Assembly: GCA_973851085.1 (NCBI GenBank)
Contig: OZ316775.1
Span: 8,990,001 to 9,054,000, forward strand
Direction of reading: 5' to 3'
Origin: Ptychomitrium polyphyllum
Taxonomy: Eukaryota
Length of the DNA stretch: 64,000 nt
Part shown: positions 26,811 to 40,200 of the stretch, piece by piece
How the letters are laid out: each line of letters opens with the position of its first letter
How positions within the stretch are numbered: the first letter of the stretch is position 1
Notes under the pieces: generated by a model
The model's input: only the letters and a program-made list of their open reading frames with translations
Told to the model about the DNA's origin: nothing
Databases searched by the model: none
Made by a program: the position numbers and the translations under genes

Positions 26811-29800
26811 ATAAGCATCTTTATTTTGTTGTACAAAATGAATGAAAAAATATATTAACACAACAAATTGACATTTTTTTCTTATCATTATTTTAACTTA
26901 GACTTCTTAAATTACTATTGTGATTTTTTTGCAAAAAAATTGTAAATAGTTTTAAAAAATATGATTTGAAGAAAATACAAATCTTTTTTTTATTATAAGT
27001 GTGTGATGTTCAAATATTTTTAATTGTGTTTTCATTGCATATGCTATGTACAGTTGACCTCCGTTGTTGCAGCAACATCAGAAGAAATTGTATTTCTAGA
27101 ATGATTTTGAAACATCAACTTTGAAATTTTTCCATTTTAAAATTGATATGAAAGTCAAAGTGATTTGTCAATAGTGTAAGCTACTTGTCAATATGAAAAC
27201 GTTGTATGTTGCTATGAAAACCCTATGTCAATACAAAAAACATTCTTTTATAATATGAACAAGATTTTTCTAAATGTGCAGTATTATATGGTAGAAATCA
27301 TGAAAGTAGGTAGCTATAATAGATACAAAGCTCCACACCTAAATTATGACAAGCTTAAGAGAAAATAGATATTTCATGTACAATTGCCATGCAATCATGT
27401 TGTGTTGGAATATGTAAAACAGTATCATGAGCTTGATTAAGATAATAAGATTAACAAGAATTCAATTAAATTTCAATTGTTAAATTTCATAAAAAAATTC
27501 AATAACAACCTTTAAAAAATATAGAAATAAATGGAAGTAAAATTATAATTTTCTAAGGTTACATAAATAGATTATTAATTTTCAAAGGATGTTGCCACCA
27601 ATATCTTATAATACATACTAGGTGGAAGCCATAACCGCCATACAAATAATTATCTTAATTTTATATAATCCATTTAATTCCATTAAAAACATCACTATAT
27701 GTCAAATCTATTATCATTCAAGTTTTCCATTCAAAAATAAATGTGAATTCATTGTCCTTCCATTATCACATTAGTTTTTATAAATCAAGCATACCAATTT
27801 TATTTCCAAATTCCTTTTAAAAAAACACTTTTAAATTTTCCATCTTATAAATGATGATAATGGAATAAGTTCATATATAGTGCCTATGGAAAAATAGCAA
27901 CTATAGGATTGTGTACCTTAAATTACTGCCCTCATGTAATTTATGACAAAACTATACTCAAATGCCGTAATTTCTTAGAACCAAGGGAATAATAGCTTAT
28001 TGTTTACCTTTTGTATATTTAACTACAACTTTCATATTATGACACATTTAAGAATAAAAGTCAATATTTACATATATTTTAAAGAAATACATAACAAAAA
28101 CATTAATAAAAATATTGAAATGTTTTGTTAATGAAGTATTATAAACATGTTCTTCTGACTTGGAAGACATGAAGCATTTCTTCTATCCTTTCATTTCTTT
28201 TCATTACTTGATGTGGCTTTTAAAATTTTTAAGAATCTTAAAATTTTAGTTGATAACTAAAAATAAACACGCACTAATTTATCAAATAATAATATTGGAA
28301 GCTAAGCATGCAATGGCACCTTAAAGCATTAATCTTTTACTACCTCATGGAAATTGAAGTGCTTCAATTAACCTCAAACGATGAAGATTAAAGCTTAAGT
28401 ACGGCTTGTTTTAGAATTCATTACTCTTTTAAAAATTCCAATTATAGATTTTTGAAAGCCGTAAAAAATTGTTGACAATGGATATATAGTGGCATAATAG
28501 TTTTTTTTAGAATTTTTTTTTGGTAAAGACCAATAAAAATTTCAAAAATTCAAAAAGAAATCACACTTCAGTTAAACTTCTTCTTCTTGAAAAAAAATCT
28601 TGGAGCACTAAGAGTAAAATCCAAAATCACTTTTTTCCCATTCAAGTACTCTTTACACATTGAGCTTGGTTGTGCAATTTATATAAAATCTACAGTGGAT
28701 TTTGATAATGCATATGGGTGTTATGAAACGAAAAACATTAAGTAATTACACAAGATGAAATTAAAGATGGAATTTTCTTTGTTGGAGATACTCTGTAGTA
28801 TTGAAATTTCATAAGTAGCATTTGATTATGAACATAATCATACAAATTTTAAGATCATGAGGTTTGATTAGTTGTTTTTGAAAAAAAAGTAATGAATTTG
28901 GGATAAAAAAATATCTAAATGATATCAATATTAAAAGAATCCAAATGACCTAGAATTCAAAATCCAAGGTGGTATTTGCAATAGAGGGAAATATTCTGCT
29001 TTGATTTATGTGCAGTTTTTATTTATCTTCTCCAATAAAATGAACAAATTCATTAAATAACAATAATATTAATAAAACTAGATAAATTGTAATAGAAAAT
29101 TAAAAAAATTATTAAGTGCAACAAAATGCTTAATCTAAGCATTTTCCAAAAGTTTAAATCAATTGGAAACCAATGTTAAAAAGACTTAGTTTTCTAATTG
29201 ATTTCATACACAACAACAAACATTTTCATTGTGTAAATCGAATTTTAATAGAAAAAGCTAATGGAAACTCAAATCATGTTCCATAATCATTCATTTTTAT
29301 GTGAATGATTGAGATTGAAGCTAATGCAATGGCAAGAACACAACAAGCACAAGAACACATTTGATATAAAGTGGATGAAACCATTTATATTGGAAGGATA
29401 CGTTGAATGGAATATGTAACATGAAATTGAGGTATTTGTAAATGTAAACCTTCTGAAAACCAAAACCTCACCAATGACCTCACTTCCTTTTCCGTATAAT
29501 TTGTTATCACGAATGGAGTACGTCCTCGAATGCCAAGAAGTTTCACTGGCTTGATTGGCACACACACTTCGATACATACATCTTCTGGGGTCGCTATCCA
29601 CATTATTTTAAATTAACCAACAACTCTAATTGCACAAAAAGCCTCTAAAAGTCTCTGGCGGACCTCCAGGGTGAAGGACAAGAGAACTCCTGTGCTGTGA
29701 ATTTTGTTTTGAGACGTTTTGTTGACTCTTGAGTAATTTTCATGCCTTAAGTTCCTCACGACCGGCTGAGCCAATGGTGTAGGCGCTCACCGGGATTCAA

Positions 29801-30350
29801 AGTGTGCCCAGCAGTTGCAGAGTGAGTGGAAAGGTGCAGGGAGCCATGAAATCCCGGGAGTTGGGGCTTTCTAAGATAGTCTAGCTTTTTGGGTGGTAGG
29901 GGGGGGGAAAATCAAGCTCCTTTAGCGGAGATTCTTTGGGGGCTGGGGAATCGAGATGATGAGCCATCAGGCTTTTCTGCAGCAGAAATTTAGTGAGCCC
30001 CTGCTGTAGACCACAATCAGTGCTATGGTTGAAGAATTTTGTCTAGTAGTTGTTCAAAGGGACTTCGACCAATGCCTGGGCTCCCATGACCCTGCCTCGT
30101 CCTGTCAGGGCCTCCAGTGTCATATGGGCCCACCACCTTGTAACAAACTCCCTCCCATCTGCCACCAGCCCACCAGTGACTTCAGGCACCTCCATAACTG
30201 ATTTCCAGCGACGGGTACTGGTGGATTCCTCTCTACATTCTAGAATCATATGCAAGGGATCATTGCGCAGAGGTTTTGATTATCACTTAAAAGCCAGATT
30301 ACCGTGGCCATCATGGTGGACCAGGTATAACACGTCAGAGAAGGAGTGTG

Positions 30351-30386
30351 TGAGTGAGTGAGTGAGTGAGTGAGTGAGTGAGTGAG
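30351..30386. repeat. (GAGT)n tetranucleotide microsatellite
   Basis: Run of TGAG/GAGT units. Confidence 0.95.
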
Positions 30387-30779
30387 GCTGGCTAAAACGG
30401 AAATAATTCATTTGACTCTGTAGTGGTTTGCTACGAGAGTCAAAAGGTTACCTTCAAAAGGCTTTCAAAACACTTTCACTTTCACAAAATAACTGACTTA
30501 CATTTTTTACCAAAAACAAAAATTTTAAGTCATTTCAAACATTTTGTGTGCACAATTCTAAGATTTAATCAAAATTTTATTTCTGTTTTTTTATGTAATG
30601 TATGTTTTGCATTGAATATTTTTCAAATTAAAACTCTTTTTTGTAAGCATACAATCATGTTTCTGTACAAGTGCACATGTTGCATTTGATTTTTTCATTG
30701 TGAATATTCTTAAAACTCCAAAAACAATATTTGGATATAATATTTTTGAAATCAGGCATTCAAAAACTTAACTTGTATT

Positions 30780-31750
30780 TGGTGTAAAACTTAACTATTA
30801 TTCCATCAATGTATGATTTCTTTGTTTTAACATGCTTTAATTGAAGATAAAAATTTGATTTAGAACAAAGATTTGAAATGAAGGATTTGGAAGAAATCTA
30901 TTATTCTTTGAGCAAAATAAGTGGAAATTGAAGTAGTTATATCATTTTCTTTAATTAATAAATTAATTAAGGTGCTTTAAAAGTATATTTGAAAGGATTG
31001 GCATTAAAGATAATAAACCTTTAATGACACCATTAAATTCTAACAATAAATTATCAACAAACACTAATCCATAGACTCTTGAGGAAGTCAGAAACAATGA
31101 TAAATGTTCTTAATCCAAGTGCACTTAAAAGTTTGGTCTATGCTGTGATTGCATTTAAATCAATATAAGAAATTGTCAATCAATACATGGTCCATAACAT
31201 TGGATTGTTGTAAGGCAAGATTTTCCAATATATTAAAGGTACATTAGATCATGTGCTATGTAATGGTGGAGATTTTTATAATTTGCAAGTGATTGGTTAT
31301 TGTAATGTAGATTAAATGGAGGACATTGACACACAATTTTTTGTTATTAGCTATGCATTTCATTGATTAGAAAGACTTGTATAATTAATTAAAGCAATTA
31401 GAAACAACCAATAGTTGTATTGTTTACAATCAAAGTATAATATATATGGTAGCAATTTATGCATAAAAGGAGCAATTTTGCTTCACAAATCATTTGAAGA
31501 CATCAAAATTTACTACATGTATTTATAAAAAATTTAAAAATAATAAAAATTGCAATTTTCTTTTAAAGAATCTTACATTTCATACTTATATAAAGGATGT
31601 TGAAATTCAACAATACTTTGTTTCTGAGAAAATTAAAGATGACAAGGTCAACTTGGTTTTTGTAAGATTCAAGATATTATTGCAAATATACTGACCAAAA
31701 AAATGTAAAAACATCATATTGCATATGAAAATATCATAAATGATTTTCTA
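30780..31750 (+). mobile_element. Decayed Ty1/copia RT-RNase H fragment
   Basis: Degenerate motifs in copia order: FEMKDL (~30875), SLVYA (~31130), IFQYIKGTLDH (~31220), VIGYC (~31290), KQPIVVL (~31403) and LKNLTFHTYIKDVEIQQYFVSEKI (~31563; cf. KNPxFHxRTKHIEIxHHFVREKI). Confidence 0.7.
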
Positions 31751-34700
31751 ACAAATATCAATAAAGATTTTTTTTAAAAAGTTACTTATAAAAGGATCTA
31801 AGAATATATTTAATATTTTATTCTTAAAAAACAATATGAAATGTTGCATACAAATGTAATGTTTTCATAAATATAATGTTAGAGGTTTAACTTGTAAGAA
31901 ACACTATATTTCAAAAAAATTATGAGAATTATTAAATGAACCACTTGCTAAATGTCATTAAATGGAAGTATTAAAATAATGTGAAATCTGCTAGTGAAAT
32001 TCTTATTAGACATTTTATTATTAATTTACATGGTCAATCTATAATTTGTAGCTATAGATGTTGAACAATAGTCAATACATAGATGAATAGCCATTATAAC
32101 CTACTAATCTATGTAATTGTTATAGCGTATAAAGCCATCATATGGTTTTACATGACAAGTGTTTATATTTCAATAAGCCTTAGTAATTAGACTAGTTGTT
32201 AATGTGTTTGCATTATAGAGATTATGTCATTGAACCATGAACTTGTTATATTAGAATTTGAGTTAAGGTTCATTCTCAAGCAATTAATCTTCTAAAATTT
32301 TAATTTTTGGATGGTGAATTCATGTGTGTTTTGCATCATTAAACTTCTATTGTATAATAATATATCCCAAATTATTTTTTTCACTAAGGTTGACATTTAT
32401 TTTAATCAAAATAGCTTTAGATAAATGCTTTTGTGTATAAAGATGTCAAACACAATTTGTATGTGCTTTTAATATTAAAAATTAGAAGATAAATACCATA
32501 TTATATAGCAAAGATGTTACATGACTGCCAAATTTTACATTTATTTTAAAAATAAAAATTGGCACCTTAAAAATATGTACACAAATATGGAAAGGCTTCC
32601 ATCGAATTTGAACTTAATAAACACCTTAAGATGCTTTGAAAGTAAAAGAAATCTTATTTTATAACTATTTAGTAAAAAATTAGGTTTTTTTTTTAAATTA
32701 AATTTTTTATTATATAAATCTTGTATAAATAAGCATGAGTTTCTTTTTTTTTGATTAAATTGATTGAACTATCAAGTTTCAAAAGCAATATGATTACATT
32801 ACAATTGGTCCTAGTTAGATTGTATCTTTTCATCTAATAAAAATATTAATATAATTGGATTTTATTATATTATGTCTTTGCACTTAAGTAAAAGATTAGT
32901 GTGTTTAATTCTGGTCAAAATTGTTCTTTTTCATTTAATATAATTGATAAAGTAGGAGCAAACTAGCTCTTGTTTTAATAATTAATATTTTATTTAAGGT
33001 TATTTTTAGCCAAAGTGGGTATAAATGCCTTCAAGTTATAACATCTAGTGTATTGTTAGATCTAAATTTATATACATGTATTTAGAAAAAACAAAAAAAG
33101 TTTAAAATATTTAAAAGCCATTCAATTTCTTATGTTTTCAAAAACCTCTTTCAGATTAATTTACTATACATGAATTTTATAAATATATATATAAACAAGC
33201 CTATTGCTAAATAATGATGGTTGGCTAGAACATACAAGACAATGAAGTTTTATAATATAATAAGGTACGTAAATTCCTAAAATCGGTTTTTTGAAGGATT
33301 TTTTTTAAAATTTGTAATTATTTTTGATGAAGAGCATGGAATGTTTGTTTGATATAGATTGAAGAAAAAATTCATCTACAAAAAACAATTTAATGTACAA
33401 GATGCCTGTATCTTGTTGTAGCTCTAAATCTACAATATAAAGTAAGAATGTAAATATACTTCATTCTTAACAAATGGAAAGCCTTGTATTTTTGAAATCC
33501 ATATCCAAAAATAATAAAAAGATATACAAGTGAATGGAAAAGAACCTTGACAATTATAGTAATTGGCTTCTTTTTTGATATTGAATACTATACTAAGGAC
33601 TTCGAATTTCCAAAGATTTAAATTTGCAAGATAAACATAGGTTTAGGATTACCTATCTAAAACCAACTACCTATCAAAAATTGTGCAATAAAATATCAGG
33701 AACATTAAACTTAGAATACGGTTTCAAAATTCCACAATACAAACCTTTGAAATCCATATATTGTTGATTGGATATCCAAATAACGAGTAATAAAATATAA
33801 AGAAACTCTCACTCAATTGCTAAAAAGAATATGTTTTTTGGATACATGTCATAATAACAAACTACATGCAAGTTCTTCTCTTATGCATGCAGCATTTTGC
33901 CTTGCATAGAAACAAACAAAAGACAATTGTGCTCATTTTGCCAGCAGAGCTTCTGAGGCAATGCTGTTTAATTGGGAGATGGTGCAGGCAGAAATTTGCA
34001 GTGACTCCTCAAGGTGCACAAGGGAGATCAGCCATGGGGTCATCCTTATCACAAGTTATCAAAATACCTCTCCATTGATGGCTTCATTTGCTGCTGGCTC
34101 CCCAACAACATTTGGGAACTTACTCCCCTACCAATCATCAGGTCGCCTGGACCCTCTGGGCCCTATGGACTCAGACTCATATAGAGCTGGGTTAACTCCC
34201 TACATCCACCACTGTAAGGAATGTGACCTTTTAAGAATATTGTATGAAACCACCGTTACTTTTAAAGGATAGATGCTAAGGTTTGGATGCTATTGCAAGT
34301 TAAATCACAGTGTATAGGTCAGATTTGAAATAGTTATGGACTTTTAGAGGGTGCTTTGAGGGTGAAGTCTAAAAAAACACCATTACATTAACCTATTGAC
34401 CATTCAAATAACATTTAGTACCAACTACTTCATGCATGTATAATAACCTAAATATCATTCAAAACCACTACATTTATTACATGGTTTTCTTCAATATTCT
34501 AGTGTAAAATTCACCTTCTTCATTACCACCACTATATGAATCCATTTGTTCCCAATTTCAACCCCATTGCTACCAGACTCATACATTCTCCCAATCCATT
34601 TTGCATTTAGTGGTTATTGAAAATGTCCTTGGTGGTTGTTAACTTTCCTATTGCTAACAATTATGAGAAGAAGGTGTAATGAGCCTCTTATTTAGCTAGT

Positions 34701-36149
34701 GTCTTTGTCTTGTGTAGGAGTAGGTTTTTAATTCTTGCCTTTGCTAAACCAACTATAGCTTGTTGCATCATTTCTTCTTACAATAAATTGGCATTCATTT
34801 GTTTCAAAAAATAAATGAAAACAAGTTGTCAAGTGTTATACTAAATATAGTATTTTCTATCTCCAATTTTAAATATAAAAGTCAAATGTCAATATAAATT
34901 TGTTAATATCATCAATGATTTAATATTACAAATCAACAAGATTTCAAATTGAAACATGAAGATATCTTTGGATAGTTTGTAAATAGCCTCAAGTGTAAGA
35001 CATAATCATAAGATATATTGGCATTTTATCATATTCCAAACTTAAGCTTTGGTAGATTCTAGCTTTGAATACATTGAAGTATCCACTTTTACTAGGCAGC
35101 AAAGTGATTTACTATGATACAAAGTGCCATACACTATTAAATACCATTTGTTGTTGATTCTAAAATAAGGTTTTGCAAGATTATGTTTTAAAGTTTTCAC
35201 TTCTAAATCATATTTATTCAATTATCTTATTTGTGAATAGTTTTATCATTGTTAAAAAAATTATTGCACAAATAAAATAAAGCACCATAGCTTTGTGTAA
35301 CTATTTTGAAATTAATACTTATTAAAAAAAATATTGTGAGTACTATATTTTACAAAAAAAATCCAACTTCAATATTGTAGATCTTCATCATAAAATTTGC
35401 TTCACATTATTTATAAAAAACACACTACAACCTTATACACTTGAGATTTCTGCATTTTATTTTTAGTTACCTCCACAACATTTCAAAATTTAACAGGCTT
35501 TGATTTCAAAATGCACCAATGCTATAGAGATTAAAGACTTATCTGTTAATATAATTTGAATTGATCTTTTAATGCACTGTACCTATTTTAGCTTTTGAGT
35601 GTTTTAAAAAAAGAAGGAAAAACGGGTTTATAATTAAGTGAGTTGCAATTTCAGGACCATGTTAAACTCGAGTAGAATTGCATGAGATTGGCAATTTCAA
35701 GAGAATCTAAACACGGTGAAAATATTTGTGTTAGACGTTTAAATGATAACTCATGGAAATCTAAATTTAAACTTCAAGTATTTCACAGTGGTTGTTTATA
35801 TATGACTTACATTCCTAAATTCCATATGCGCCAAATGTAGAGAAACAGCTGCTTTGAACATGTATATTACAAGCACAACATACAATGTTTGTTATATTGG
35901 AAACCAGATTTGCAGCGTTTATCTTGCACGTGATCCCCCTGTTGCATAGGAATGGTAGAACCCTTTGAATCTGTCCTTCACTCATCTTGGTGTCCCAAAT
36001 ATCTTACCTTTATCAAATCTTTATTTTTTGGTTGAAAAATAAAATAGTTGTTCAAAAAAAAGTATATGTGATAATTATCAAATCAATGTGAATTTTCTTG
36101 AACGTTTTATTAACCTCGATTAGTCCCTACTTTTAACAAAAAGTCTTGT

Positions 36150-36780
36150 CACTTAATTATTATCAAGAATCTCAATAAATCCTTCTCATGTTATTATCCA
36201 AAGGGCTCAAAACAGTGGTTTCTATTGTGAGGATATAAAGTGTTGTATTTTATGTTTTTCCATGGTTTGAAAAGCAATCTAGGCTTCTTGGGTGTTTATT
36301 TCACATCTATCTATAGGTTTATTTGGAAGGATGCACATTTATTACCTAATGTATTATACTAAAGTTTAAAAAAAAGATACATAACCTTGATTCTATGTAA
36401 GGAATAAAATTCTTATTAATTCCTTTCAAAATCATTGTTACTAATTTGAAATTAATTTTTTACCAAGATGTTAAAATTAGCTCAAAACATCATTGTACTA
36501 GAGGGATGGGAACACTTCTATTATAGCAATAGAGGAGTTGATTGGTACTTAGGTGAAGCCTTTAACTTTTTGATATCACTTTGAAATGAAATGCACACAC
36601 CTCAAAGCCTTTGAGGTGGAGAGGCACTTTGAACATCTCCGCTACACATGCTATATTGTAAAAAAAACAGCCTTTATTCACATGGAACCAATAGTTGACA
36701 ATACCATCAATAGAAGCACAATTTAAAATCATATGAAATAGGCACAATTTTTTGGTATTTGGACGGGACGACAAAAATTT
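36150..36780 (-). mobile_element. Possible decayed PIF/Harbinger transposase fragment
   Basis: Minus-strand NCASIDG...HVNKGCFFYNI resembles the Harbinger NCIGAIDG...NRKGFYS motif, with a downstream EPFG trace (~36205; cf. ExAFG). Confidence 0.28.
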
Positions 36781-37101
36781 AAAAAAGTATGTACTTTCTA
36801 ATCATGCTAATGTAAGGGGTATAAGGAGTATCATCAGAAATTTTGAGTTGAAAATAGCTGATTTGACAAATGTGAATGATTTGATGGATGAATTCTATTC
36901 AACTCCAATAACTCGATAAAATTCCTCAAATTACATACATTAGCATATTCATAAGAGATGAAATTCTGTTATCCAACATCCAAATATAGAAAAAATTTGT
37001 ACCTGTTTAACGTGATTCTTTAAAGTATTAGTACCATGTGAACAAAACGATTCCATTCTACAATTTGGTGTGCTTTGGTGTGTGCAGTGGAGATGGCCTG
37101 A

Positions 37102-37230
37102 AGCATCTGCAGCATCTGCAGCATCTGCAGCATCTGCAGCATCTGCAGCATCTGCAGCATCTGCAGCATCTGCAGCATCTGCAGCATCTGCAGCATCTGC
37201 AGCATTTGCAGTATTTGCAGCATTTGCAGC
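37102..37230. repeat. 9-bp minisatellite (AGCATCTGC)11 plus 3 degenerate units
   Basis: 11 perfect units span 37102-37200, followed by AGCATTTGC/AGTATTTGC variants. This explains the low-complexity ORFs called here. Confidence 0.97.
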
Positions 37231-40200
37231 AAACACAGTCAATCAGATGAAAATCTATCTTTGCCGACCAAATCTCCTGGATTCTAGATTCTGGACCCCA
37301 GGACTTGGAGTCCTGCACCAGCCTTCTGAGCTTGAATGATTACAAAATCGAAAACACTCTTTGTGAGTCAAGACTCTGCTTTGTAATATTCCATTCAGGC
37401 TGAATTAATCCTTTTCAAATTAAATTTTTTTCCTTTTGTTTCCATATACCATTGTTCTTGAAAAAAATGTGAATTATTTATTACACTTGGAAATCCTAAT
37501 ATGCGTTTGCTTTTGGAAATTGAGTATATGTGAGAGTTCATAAGAATTTGTTCTTGGCACAATGTGCTTTGAGAGCAACATTCCATGAAACTAGTCTCCA
37601 CATACATGAATTCAAATGGCTAAGAGAGTAATATGAATTTTTAGAAATATGCACATAGTCGACTGAATTGACTACGTGCACTTTTTTAAGAAAAAGTTCC
37701 ATTTATTAGGATTTAGTGTAAAAGTGTGCAAAAGTCCATTTTCTATAAACACAAAACCATTTGTTTTTTTAACTACGTATATAAACATATGTATACAATA
37801 AATTATTTTGAAACACATGAAGTGTACGTTAGATTAAAATAGATTTATTGTGCACTTTAAATGTACATAAATTTCATATGCTAAGATAAAAATTTAAAAT
37901 GTATTGTTACGTTTAGTTATATACTGATGATACATCAATCTCTTTTAATCCGTACATATTGAAATAACCATAGTAAAATTCATATGTAAAATATAATATA
38001 ACTTTTGCAACTATAGTGAAATTCAAATTAAAAAAACTCAGCTGAAAATCTCTATTTTAATGAATTGTTTGTAAAACCAAAATTCTCCAAAAATCAAGAT
38101 TTTGGTTATTTATCATTGTCAGGGATTGTGTATAGCATTGTAAAACCTTAGTTTAATATGATTTTTAGAAAAATCTCTATAACAATAAAAAAATTATACT
38201 AAATAGATGCCATAATAAAACTCATGGAAATTTGGTTTTAAATGAAAATTTAACTTTAAAAGCTTTTAACATGATACTAAATGTTACTATAATCATCAAA
38301 ATATAGTAGAACTAATCATTTCTTTTATCAATCTTTTTTGGTGTGATGTTTTTAAAATAATAAAATTCTAAAGGGATTTTCTATTTTATTTGATTATAAA
38401 GCCTAATCAAATTGTAAATTATATGATTGTAAGAAAAAACTACTAATCATTTTAAAAATAAGAATGTAAACTAGTTTTAAAGTTAAATCTTCAAAGCACT
38501 CACTTCTTCTAAAAAAGTTTATACAAGTAAATTGATATGCTTCATATTAATCTAATTTGGTTTTATTAATACTTCAAAGTTTTATATTATATAAATAATA
38601 CTAAACTAGCAGTTTATTAGATTCTATATAATTAATATTGTCTATTGTACTTTCTTCATAAAGAGTGCATGTACTTTGTTTACCCAAATTCTAAACATAT
38701 AAAATCAAAGAAAAAACTGGAACAGACAATCATTAATCCTAAATTCAGAATATAAACATTATCATACAACCTAAAATTTTATTCTTTAGTTTTTGAAGAA
38801 AATACCATAATATATAAAATACAAAATTTAATATATTGACTACATTTTTAAAAAATGATAAATATTCAAGTATTTAAGTAGTTCTAATATAATATTAGAA
38901 AATTCCCCTATGCATATGTTATTCATATTTACTACAATACATATGAACAAACATTGTTATAAATCAAAGATTACAATTCAATTAAAAATAGGGCTTTTTG
39001 GTTCTTCAAATGTGGAATTTCTATCAAATTGTATTTTCTTCGAGGTAATATATGATACATTACAACAGATCTAAGAAACTTTTGAAAACATGTACAAAAT
39101 TATTATGAATAATTATTTAATTTAGAAAATATTCCAATTGTATGACAGCATCCTCCTATTGCATGTGGTTCCAATTTAAAAACATATATGCTCTTGTAAG
39201 CTATACACGACATCATTTAACAAATAAGTCAAATCAGGAAAAACTTGCACAAATTTAGATGTTCTTGGAAAAAAGGATAATTGTAATATATTTGTGTAGA
39301 CATGTATTTTTACAAACCTAAATTTGGAAGTACAAAATTGTACTTAGAAATTTCCATAATATTTTAACAAATAAAATTTCATGAATGGTGCTTAAAAATG
39401 AAATGTCATGATAAAATTTATTTCTCATTATTAATTAATGTTGAACCTAGGTTTGAAATAAAAATAAGCCCAAGTAAAAAGCAAATTTTATATATTTAAA
39501 GATAAATTATGTGAACATTGTAGCATTCTTATAATTTAATACTTAAATAAATATGGAATGAATAGAATGTTTTGCACTTGGAAAAATTATTATCATTGTC
39601 CATAAGTCATTGACTTAGTTGATATTATAATAATATTTTAAGATTAAATGTGTTCATTTTATAATCACATTTTTTCATAATGAATATTTTCATTTAAGAT
39701 ATTTTACATTTAATTGAAGGTAAATTTGAAAAAAAGAAAAGAAAAATTTAAATGGAATATTTTGGCAATATAAATTATTATAAAAGTAATTTGAAATACA
39801 AACTACTCTATACAACAAAGATTAAATTTATTTTTATTTTAATGTATAACAATGGTAAAATAAACATGAAATTGTTTCATATGTAAAAATAATATTTAAT
39901 TCCTTTTTAATAATGTTAAAAAAATATTAAAATGTTGAAACAAAATTAGATTCACTGATAAAGAAAGTACAAAATGGCTTTAATACAAATGAAAAGTTAA
40001 ATTCATTTCAATGAACATTTTTTCAAAGATGGATTACGATAAAATATCAAATTAAGTGATTTAGCAGATGATATTTGAATCCAAAGTGCTTTCAAGACAA
40101 ATCAAAAGCAAATTACATATATAAAACTTAATACTCAATCTACTTTATTGAAGTAGTCCGTGCCTATTACAAGGAATCACGTGATTAGCCTACGAAGTGT

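Noticed and set aside
30070..30135. miR160-like TGCCTGGGCTCCC in a small hairpin
   Set aside because: The match needs an insertion and ends after ~12 nt, and the stem is too short for a pre-miRNA.
34026..34037. 12-mer GATCAGCCATGG shared with 16491-16502
   Set aside because: Exact 12-mer pairs are expected by chance in a 64-kb window.
36949..37339. Low-complexity ORFs (ADA, LQM, CCR, ASA, LQH repeats)
   Set aside because: All are translations of the stop-free 9-bp minisatellite.
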